NCBI GenBank assembly: GCA_963727895.1
Contig: CAVSHT010000005.1
Coordinates: 192,001-256,000 of the forward strand
DNA length: 64,000 nt
DNA from: an uncultured Methanosarcinaceae archaeon
Lineage (GTDB): Archaea; Halobacteriota; Methanosarcinia; Methanosarcinales; Methanosarcinaceae
Reading direction: 5' to 3'
The notes beneath the pieces are model-generated. The model saw nothing but the letters and a program-made list of their open reading frames with translations. It ran no database searches and was not told where the DNA came from. The translations under genes and the position numbers were made by a program. Shown here piece by piece: positions 55,270 through 64,000 of this stretch (positions are counted from its first letter, which is position 1; each line of letters starts with the position of its first letter).

Positions 55270-56690
55270 TTCCATAATAGAAAAATTGGATATTTTGGGG
55301 AGTTGAAATATAATTGCAGCTACCTAATATCATTTTTTCCGGCTCAAAAAACTAATTTAAGAGCAATAATGTGTATACTTTTAATATATTTGGATAGGAT
55401 GATTTTTCCCAAAATAATCAAAAACTAAATATGCGGCTTTTTTTGTTTTTTTGGTCAAATGCGAATATTGAAACTAAATGAAAAATATTATTTTGAACAT
55501 TAAAGTTCATCCTTGAAATAAGAATATTATAGGGTAATAAACAAAATAAAGAATGAAATAGTGAAATATATAAGAAATATGTGGAAAAATTGCCTATCAA
55601 AAAAATAAAACATATATTTGAGCATATATTTCTTTTAAATTGAGAAATATAAGTCAAATAGCAAAATAATGAAATAAATTAAAATATTTATCAAAATAAA
55701 GTGGTATAATTAGATATTAAACTTATTTCTTTTAATCAAATGATTTAATTTTGAAAGAAAGATACATAGAAGTCTATATTTAAGATAAAACTATTCTTTT
55801 AGTTTTGATAAGTATTAAAGTTATTATATTGAACTTTATTTTAGATTAAGTTCTAATTAAAGCTTTTTTTTAAAAGGATGTCTATAAAAATATTTCAATA
55901 TGTAAGTAACGTTATATTTTACGTTTTATATTTCAGAACCGTTGGCTATAAACCAACAAGACAATTGGAAACAAAAATAGGATTATGCTGTTAAAATGAA
56001 AAAGTGATACTCCTAGATATAAATCCTACTTCAATTATGTGATCCTAAATTGATAGGAGTAAAAAAATGTAAAAGCAGTATGTGAATTTCACAAACCAGT
56101 ATTCAAATCAATATACAAAACAATAACCCAAAATTATACAAAAAATAATCCATAACTTAATCTACTTTTATTTTAAAAGTGATAGAAACCTTGATAAACA
56201 CCTTTACCAAATAAACATATTTACCTAAATATACAAAATTATTATATAGAAAATATAGGACTTAAAATCATTTTTAGGTCCTATAAGCCATTCAAAATCT
56301 AGAGATACTGGATACAATGATACTAGATACAATAGAGCTAAAAAGCTAATAACTTTGAAAAATCAATTTTTAGACCTTTATCCTACAAAACAATGGGCTA
56401 AATATCTAACTTTTACCTGAGAATGCTGAGAAAAAGTCCTAAAATCAGGATCCATTTAGATAATAAAGAAATAAATATATTTATTTGTTTTTAATATATA
56501 AAGGGAATATTATTTAAAGACTTAAAAAATACATGTTAATCCTAGAAACTGGCAGTAACCTGAAGACAATCATTAGCGATGATGCCAAATTTCTCTACAG
56601 CTTAAAAGGCACCTGTCCAGCTTCAAGACATTCCAGAGGACAAAGACCTCTATAAAATAAAATGAAGGCAACATTGATGCCTTTAAGGAG

Positions 56691-58355
56691 TTGGTCATAT
56701 TGAAATTTTTGCTGTTCGTATTATTACTTGTGTGCCTAATCGGAACAGCGTCAGCAGTTGATGTTCCGGCGGGATATGTATCTACTTATAAATTGAATTC
56801 ACCAGGAACAACCTATGTATTGACTGGAAATATATCAGCAAACACAACTGCATTTTCCGTAGCAGCAAATGATATTGTTTTGGATGGAAATGGATACACA
56901 ATAGATTGCGGGTTAACCGGTGCTGGTGATGGGGTAGTTAGTGACAAATACACTAACATCACTATAAAAAACTTAAAAGTTATACAGCACAATCCAAGTA
57001 AATCATCAAGTGGGATCCGCATTGAAAATACAGCAAATACTCTTATCAGTAATTGTTCTGCATCAAGTATAGCAGAATCCGGCATATATGTCACTGGATC
57101 TAACACAACAATTAACAGATGCAATGCGTCATCAGTTAAAGGTACAGCATTGTACATAGATGCAAAAGATTCAAATGTGACAAATTGTTTGGCTGTATCT
57201 GACACACATTATGCAATATCTCTTACAGATGCAAACAATAACATAGTGTCAAATTGTATAGGGCATTCTAATATAAGTGGTGGAATTGACTTTGCAACAT
57301 CAACTAATAATAAGGTATCTAACTGTGATGGTTATTCAAATACAAGTCATGGTCTCTCATTTACGACATGTACAAACAACAAAGTTAGCAGTTCAATTGG
57401 ATACACAAATTCCAGTGCAGGAGGTGATGGAATCTCTCTGGAAAACTCCTCAAAGAATACTTTTATTAACAGCACTGGATCATCTTATTTGAAATTTGGT
57501 ATTAAGCTGGCTGGTAAAACCACATACAATACTTTTGTAAATTGTGTAGGAGAGTCTTTTGGACGCAATAGTATATATCAAGGAATCTGGTTTACATTTT
57601 CGTCGGCTGCATGCTCTGGAACTAATGTTTATACAAATTGTACAAGTCGGTCTGCACTTGCGACTACATGTAATGATTCCTCAAAAACAACAGTGCTAGC
57701 TATGGGTGACTCAATTACCGCAGGCGGTGCTGCTGGATTGCCTTATGGTGCATACATCCATTACGCGAATCTCACACTGAACAATCGAGGATATGTATTT
57801 TATGATGCCGGACTTGGAGGAGAGAAAGCATCATCTGGAAGAGTACGCTTTTTAGATGAAATGGCGGTATTTAAACCCAAATATGTAACCATCATGTACG
57901 GTGCTAATGATTTGAAAGCTATGCGGTCTCAACAAGACATTATTGACGACATTTTGTGGATGGCATCACAGGCTAAAGCACAGGGAGCCACACCAATAAT
58001 TCTTTTGACTCCCGCCAGGAGAGGCTCTGAGGAGAATACAACAAGTCTAGATCAGAGTCTGTCTACACAAGCACTTGCAGCTGGATACAAGGTCTTTAAT
58101 GTTTATGACATAATAGATACCGTGCCCAACAACTCACAGTACGATAAATACAACTCCACCAATTATGTAGATAGCGTCCACCCTAATCAAGCAGGTAATA
58201 AATTGATAGGAGACGCATTCGCGAACTACATTGCAGGATTAGGTCAAGGGAATAATCAACAGACTTCTGTTACACAACAGTCATCTGTTAGCTTTATTAC
58301 TAAAATTGAGCTATGGGTACGTTCCTATATAGATACAATTCAAAAACTTATCTAA
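56691..58355 (+). CDS. Secreted protein: right-handed beta-helix plus SGNH/GDSL hydrolase
   Basis: Signal peptide; LDGNGYTI and parallel beta-helix repeats; GDSIT, GLGG, GANDL, DSVHPN. Confidence 0.9.
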   Translation: MVILKFLLFVLLLVCLIGTASAVDVPAGYVSTYKLNSPGTTYVLTGNISANTTAFSVAANDIVLDGNGYTIDCGLTGAGDGVVSDKYTNITIKNLKVIQHNPSKSSSGIRIENTANTLISNCSASSIAESGIYVTGSNTTINRCNASSVKGTALYIDAKDSNVTNCLAVSDTHYAISLTDANNNIVSNCIGHSNISGGIDFATSTNNKVSNCDGYSNTSHGLSFTTCTNNKVSSSIGYTNSSAGGDGISLENSSKNTFINSTGSSYLKFGIKLAGKTTYNTFVNCVGESFGRNSIYQGIWFTFSSAACSGTNVYTNCTSRSALATTCNDSSKTTVLAMGDSITAGGAAGLPYGAYIHYANLTLNNRGYVFYDAGLGGEKASSGRVRFLDEMAVFKPKYVTIMYGANDLKAMRSQQDIIDDILWMASQAKAQGATPIILLTPARRGSEENTTSLDQSLSTQALAAGYKVFNVYDIIDTVPNNSQYDKYNSTNYVDSVHPNQAGNKLIGDAFANYIAGLGQGNNQQTSVTQQSSVSFITKIELWVRSYIDTIQKLI

Positions 58356-58582
58356 AATACACATGAAATGTTTTTTAGAAATAGAACTATCTAACTAAAA
58401 TCAAAAAAATAGACAACAATGAAGAAATTTAAACTGCGAGCTGAGCAATTGGACTTCCGTCTTTGAAATATAAATCAAGCATATTAGACATTGTGAATAA
58501 TCGTACTTTAGGTAGTTGAAGGTCTAATATGTTATTTTTAATTTCAACTGCTTAAGTCCTGTATTTTTTATTTTCTTTATAA

Positions 58583-59788
58583 TTACTCATCAAGTTCTTT
58601 TCTTCCAAAAATATAGTTTGCAACCCTTATCGCATCTTTTTCTCCTGTTTCTTTTTCCTGTGAATCACTTAATTTTACAACAGGAATACCTTCGATACTA
58701 TGCAGTTTTATAACCATATTAAGAGGCGGACTTTCTCTGAAGAAGTCTGAGTTGTTGGTCAGGTTTGTGCCGATACCAAAACTGCAGTTGATTTTTCCTT
58801 CGCAGTATTTTTTGAGCTTAATCGCTGTATCTGCATTGAGGGCATCACTGAAAACGATTGATTTTTTCATGGGATCTATGCCCATTTTCTGATAATGCTT
58901 TATCACAGAATCTACAAAGGTATAAGGGTCTCCACTATCGTGCCTGAATCCATCATAAATTTTTGATAACTTCAGATCCATGTCCTTAAAAAAGGCCTTT
59001 GAGCCAAATGTGTCTGTAAGAGCAATTCCAAGATCCCCATTATAAACTTCGACCCAGTTCTCAAAAGCGAAATGGTTTGCATATCTTAAACCAACAAGAG
59101 CCGAAGTGCCCATAATCCATTCATGTCCAACTGTTCCGATTGGTTTTACACCGTATTTTTTTGCAAAATATACATTACTTGTTCCACTAAGAGTCTTTAT
59201 TGTTGTTAGGGCTTTCATCGCACGATCATGGAGTTCGAAACTTCTTCTCCTGCGAGTTCCAAATTCCGAAAAAAGACAATCATTTTCTTCAAGAGCTTTT
59301 CCTATTTCAAGGATCTTGTTTTCATAATCAGCCAGTACAGATTCCGAAGTACATCCATTTTGAGAATTTCCTTTCCACTCATTTTCAATAGTTGCAAAAT
59401 AGAGTTCGGAAACTACGGCCATAATGACAATTTCCCATAAAATAGTACTATGCCAGGGCCCTTTTATTCGAATATCCAGGTCTTTTTCTTCAGTAAGGCA
59501 AATTTTTACTTCACCTGACTTGAAACGGTAATTCTTAAGATATTCAAGATACATGGGTTTCAGGTAAGAGCAGTTATCGGAAAGCCAGTTGTATTCTTCT
59601 TCTGTTAAGGCTAGTTTTGAGATATCTTCTTCTATGATCCTCTTCAGTTCTTCTACAAACTCTGTAGAAAAGCGCTGAGAGCCACGGTTTGTAAACCGAT
59701 ACTCAGCTTCAGTTTTAGGAAAAAGTTCTAGTACTGCAAGTTGCATGGTGAATTTGTAAAGATCGTTATCAAGTATAGATTTAATCAC
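58583..59788 (-). CDS. pncB: Nicotinate phosphoribosyltransferase
   Basis: [45 protein letters not shown]. Confidence 0.96.
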   Translation of the reverse strand: MIKSILDNDLYKFTMQLAVLELFPKTEAEYRFTNRGSQRFSTEFVEELKRIIEEDISKLALTEEEYNWLSDNCSYLKPMYLEYLKNYRFKSGEVKICLTEEKDLDIRIKGPWHSTILWEIVIMAVVSELYFATIENEWKGNSQNGCTSESVLADYENKILEIGKALEENDCLFSEFGTRRRRSFELHDRAMKALTTIKTLSGTSNVYFAKKYGVKPIGTVGHEWIMGTSALVGLRYANHFAFENWVEVYNGDLGIALTDTFGSKAFFKDMDLKLSKIYDGFRHDSGDPYTFVDSVIKHYQKMGIDPMKKSIVFSDALNADTAIKLKKYCEGKINCSFGIGTNLTNNSDFFRESPPLNMVIKLHSIEGIPVVKLSDSQEKETGEKDAIRVANYIFGRKELDE

Positions 59789-60066
59789 GAAAGGCCTTCC
59801 TGTAGCGTTTTAAATTGCTTATACAGCAAACTATTTTTATAATCGCACCTTTTGATCAACATATATAGTTACTATATTTTTAAAATTTCTGATACATGGG
59901 AATAAATCTCAGTGGTAAAGTTAAGTTTTCTTATTGACCTCAGGAAAAAAAGAAGTCTTAGATTTCCAGACAAAGGAATCAGAAAAATAATTTACATAAA
60001 ATTAAGGTTTATAAATAGCCAATTTTCTAATAAGATACAATTATATCCAATCCATACTTATAACCT

Positions 60067-60444
60067 ATGATAATTATGGAGAAAGCTGCTAAAGAAATTA
60101 AAGAAATCAAAGAGATAAAGGGTTTTTTGCCCAGATCTATTGAGTATGCCGGACAGATGAACAAAGACTTTGCCGAAGGCTTATCAGGTCTTTATAAAGC
60201 CGTCTGGGGGGAAAGGGAAGGCGGACTTTCTATGAAACATAAGCATCTAATAGTCTTTGCTATAGCCTGCTCAACCAATAATACAGAGAGCGCGGTTAAA
60301 ATCCTTGAAAGACTTCATAAATTTGGAGCTACAAGAACTGAGATTAACGATGCCATGATGCTAGCCGCCTGGACAGGTGGAATCCAGCATTTTACGGATT
60401 TCAGTATAAAAATTCTTAAAGAAATGGATAGATTAGGTTATTAA
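60067..60444 (+). CDS. Carboxymuconolactone decarboxylase/AhpD-like protein (no CxxC)
   Basis: GLSMKHKHLIVFAIA, GATRTEINDAM..A..TGG. Confidence 0.8.
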   Translation: MIIMEKAAKEIKEIKEIKGFLPRSIEYAGQMNKDFAEGLSGLYKAVWGEREGGLSMKHKHLIVFAIACSTNNTESAVKILERLHKFGATRTEINDAMMLAAWTGGIQHFTDFSIKILKEMDRLGY

Positions 60445-60577
60445 GGATATAAAACCTTTATTAAAAGCATTTTCTTTAATTTTTTAATTAATTATGGTTT
60501 CCATTAAAATTAATTTTTTGTCAAAACTTTTTGCCAGATAAGTGATATCTTTTATACAATATTTAGGACTGGTAAAT

Positions 60578-60724
60578 ATGGATGTTACATATAAGAAAAT
60601 GGATACAGAGAAAGGGAGTTCTCTAGTTCTGTTTAGAGAAGTTCAAAAAATGAATCAGACATGGATCTGGATAATTGTTTCAATATCTGTCATCCTTATA
60701 TGGTACGAGGCTTATCAGCAACTA
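60578..60724 (+). pseudogene. Membrane protein gene (DUF6141-like N-terminus) cut off by an IS630 insertion
   Basis: VLFREVQKMNQTWIWII...WYEAYQQL ends abruptly at CTA|TAGTCA, the apparent IS end. Confidence 0.55.
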
Positions 60725-61689
60725 TAGTCACCTCTGTATTTAATGCAACATTATTATACCTGAAATTAGTATATTATTTTAATTATGAGTTTGAAAATGT
60801 TTACAACTTTTGATATTTCTTCAGCTATTATAAATTCCTGTAACAAAAACGAGTAGATTAAACTTCAAGCCTTATTATTGGTCAAAAATGGTTTGAGTCC
60901 CGCTAAAGCTGCCGACGATTTTTCAGTTCACCGTTCAACTGTTCATCGCTGGATAAAACGAGCTGAAACCGACGGTTTGTTTAGCCTTAAATGTAAACCT
61001 GGTCGAGGAATCAAGTCTTTTTTAACTGCAGAACAATTATCTGAGTTAAGAGAGGCATTTTTAGAACCTATACCAACAGATGATGTTTATTCTCGTGGTT
61101 GGCAAACAAAAGATGCAGTTCAATTTGTCAAGGAAAAATTTGGAGTATCTGATTCCAAATCAAGAATGAGACAAATTTTAAAAAATTTAGGGTTGAGAAA
61201 AATCACATGTCGACCTCAATTTAAAAGAAGAAATGAGGTGCTTAAAAAATAATTCATAAGAGAAGTCCAAAAAACAGATTACTAAACCCTAATCATTTAT
61301 TCGTTACCCATGATGAAAATAATTTTTGTGTGGATTCAAATAGATCAAGATGTTGGGCAATAAAGGGCTCAAAACCTATTAAATTTACAAGTGGTTCAAA
61401 AGAAAAAATCAATATTGGAGGATTCTACATTGAAAATGGAGAGTTTTATTGGTATGATTTAGGAATTACACAGAATACAGACTCTTACTTAAAATCATTA
61501 ATCAAGTTTCAAAGAGATATAGGGGCAAGGATATTTCTTTTACTAAACAGAGCTACATAGCATAGATCAGCAAAGGCAAAGGAATTTTATCAAAATAATA
61601 AGCATTGGTTGAAAATAATATTTTTCCCTCCAGCTACTCCAGATAGGAACCCAGTAGAATACTGTTGGAAAGTGACAGGAGAAAACTTA
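60725..61689 (+). mobile_element. IS630-family element, degraded and 3'-truncated
   Basis: HTH (VHRSTVHRWIKR..G..L..KPGRG), HDE, RCWAIKG.KP, LNRAT*H, PPATPDRNPVEYCWK; several internal stops; starts at TA. Confidence 0.85.
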
Positions 61690-62780
61690 GGAATGCTTGA
61701 AATATAACTTCAAGTTTTCACCTCTGGAATTGCTCTATAATTCCATTTCCCCAAATAATCATCAAATATAATTTTCATATTTTCCTTGAAGTTTTCACTT
61801 ACTTTTCTTGCTGTTGCATAAACTTTATCCTTGATAGTCGAAAATACTTTCAATCCTGTTGATGTAGAAGTCTTATCAATAAGACTTTTAACCACATCAA
61901 GACTGCTGAAAACGGTGCCTTTGCAGGCAGCCGTTACATGGCAGAATAACCTATGTTCAATTGGATTGTATTTCGAAGTGTATGGTGGATAGTGAGCCAT
62001 TCGAATTTCAATTCCAATTTTATTTACCAGCTTTTGTAAGTCTTCCTTGAAAATATAATGTCTACTTGAGTTACTTCCACCACCATCTCCCAAAATTAAA
62101 ATGCTCTTTGCCTTGAGGTACTTTTCCTTGCCGTAATTTTTCCCCCAGTCTTTAATACAGTCACAACAAAATTCACTCGTATCCTTACCGGTTCCTAAAG
62201 TGATATAACCTTCATAAGTTTCACGTCGTATATACCGTGCGGAATTACAACGCAATCTGAAAATGTACGGAAGTCGTGATCATATACCTTTACCGTTTCA
62301 GTACAATAAAATTTTCCATTTCGGTAGAAATTACCTATAAACTCTTTTTTTACATCTATACTGATAATTGGATTTTCGCTGTTAGAGTACTCTTCTTTCA
62401 ACTCGCTAATTCTCTCAAATTGCTTGTTTCTGTCTTTACAGTCTTTCATTGTGACAGCTTTTTGCATTTTTCTTTCTACAAAATTATGTTTATTCAATAG
62501 CTGCTTTACTACATATGGTGATATATTCAGATCTCTTGATTTGAAAGCATTTGAAATTTTTTTAAGGGTAAGGTTTGTCCATTTTATTTCTTCGTCCATA
62601 GGACTTCTAACAGTGTGATTTTTTATGATCTCAAAGAAAACTTCATCGATATTTTCCACAGTGTCGATGATTTTCTTTTTACCTCCACCAGGCTTTCGAA
62701 TCCTGTAATCTGGTGTTTTTATACCATTAGTGATTTCATTAATTCCAGCCATGACAGTTTGGAAATGACAACCTCGTAAA
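61690..62780 (-). mobile_element. ISAzo13-family transposase, frameshifted and 5'-truncated
   Basis: RIRKPGGGKK, DRNKQF, ISIDVKKE.IGNF, DHDF, PHGIYD, DGGGSN, HYPPYTSKYNPIEHRLF, WNY. Confidence 0.9.
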
Positions 62781-62785
62781 CTACT

Positions 62786-63522
62786 GGAATTGATACTTAA
62801 ACATAGTTATATGCTTATAACATATATTTCTTCATGAACTGCCCCAGATGCAATAGTTCTAATCACAAAAAGAACGGTATAGTTGGCGGGCGTCAACGGT
62901 ACAAATGCTCTGATTGTGGCTATAACTATACAGTAGAGCTAAAATCAACTGCTTTTTCCGCTTCTGTAAAAAGACAGGCTTTACAACTTTACCTTGAAGG
63001 ATTGGGCTTTCGCTCAATAGGAAGAGTTTTAGGGGTGAGTCATGTTTCTGTCCAAAAATGGATAACGAAATTTGGTCAAGAGTGAGAGGACCTAAAAAGT
63101 GAAAATGAGATATCTATTGTTAAAATGGATGAAATGCACACTTACATCGGTAACAAAAAAAATATTGCTGGATCTGGATTGCTGTTGATAGAATTGGGAA
63201 AAAGTTCATCAACTGCTCTTTTGGCAGCAGAGGAACGGAAACTGGAAAACGACTATGGAAAAATTGAAGAAAAAAGAGATTGGAGAAGTGATGACCGATC
63301 ACTGGAGAGCATATGCAGAGTTTCTTCCTGAAACGATTCATACTCAATCAAAAGCAGAAACATTTACAGTTGAGGGATATAACAGCATATTGAAGCACTT
63401 TCTAGCAAGATTGAGAAGAAAGACAAAGTGTTATACAAAAAGTCTTGAAATGCTAAAGTACTCGGTTATTCTATTGATGAAATAAAGAAATAAAGAACTA
63501 GATATAGTTAAGTAACAATGCC
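62786..63522 (+). mobile_element. IS1-family element, second copy, more decayed
   Basis: TIRs GGAATTGATACTTAA / TTAAGTAACAATGCC; close paralog of 9282-10021 with the same TGA, plus a 1-bp deletion near 63257 and a TAA at 63483. Confidence 0.92.
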
Positions 63523-63695
63523 AAGATTTTTATTCTATATGATACAAATTTTCTAAACTTTTATATATGTTATTTTTCAGTTACCTTTTTAAATGTCTAT
63601 TCCCTCAAAATAACAAATTCTTATCATCTTTGCCGTAAATATCTGTAGCATTCTGGCAAAATATATTTTCAGATCAAAAAACAGGAAACGTTCCT

Positions 63696-64000
63696 ATGAA
63701 AATGAACCCACGCTGTACCTATTGTTTGCTTTCAAGAGTACACTTTCAATCCAAACTTTCCACAGATGACGAAGATCTTATTAGCAAGACAATTCACGAA
63801 TGTCTTCAAGTTATGACTAAAAACTACAGCCCTGAATCTGTATCTGCTTCCGTAGCCACCAAAGTTCACCGGAAATGTTATGAGGTCCTGGGAGACAATG
63901 ATCCTTACGCAGTAACAAAAAAGCTTATCAATCAGGCTGCAATGAAAGTCCTGCCCGCGGCAAAAGAGAAAATTTATGGAAATTTCCCTGATAACGGAGA
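63696..64000 (+). CDS. DUF89/ARMT1-like damage-control phosphatase, 5' part (runs off window)
   Basis: MKMNPRCTYCLL...VHRKCYEVLGDNDPYAVTKKLIN: CxxC and DPY..K motifs; frame open to the window end. Confidence 0.8.
   Translation, partial: MKMNPRCTYCLLSRVHFQSKLSTDDEDLISKTIHECLQVMTKNYSPESVSASVATKVHRKCYEVLGDNDPYAVTKKLINQAAMKVLPAAKEKIYGNFPDNG

Noticed and set aside
60785..61560. Pyrrolysine in the IS630 transposase (two in-frame TAGs)
   Set aside because: One TAG falls at a usual Trp/Tyr position, the catalytic Asp reads Asn, and there is also an in-frame TAA.

Overview
AT-rich archaeal chromosomal DNA, almost certainly Methanosarcina, judged from gamma-carbonic anhydrase Cam, the rpl7ae-rps28e-rpl24e-ndk-aIF5B-rps6e cluster, the dph5/dph6 diphthamide genes, archaeal shikimate kinase and TPR/HEAT/pentapeptide repeat proteins. 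Housekeeping genes are intact. Many accessory genes are broken (pentapeptide protein, FMN-binding protein, ABC ATPase, oligopeptidase F, AbrB-PhoU regulator, acetolactate synthase, cam). There are also IS1, IS5, IS630 and ISAzo13 relics, IS5-type MITEs and an integrase remnant. No rRNA, tRNA or CRISPR array was seen. The best candidates for uncharacterised systems are: (1) an operon encoding a DUF47/PhoU-like fusion protein, a PPDK lacking its pyruvate-binding domain, and an Mth938-like protein (3.6-7.6 kb); (2) a locus at 49.5-51.8 kb in which three CxxC-x17-CxxC zinc-finger paralogs (one a pseudogene absent from the ORF track) each carry a conserved structured 5' leader with an SD-sequestering hairpin, around an aIF-1A gene that appears to start at CUG; (3) a TPR gene bracketed by two related 24-bp tandem arrays. 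All family assignments come from motif recognition by eye; no database search was run.
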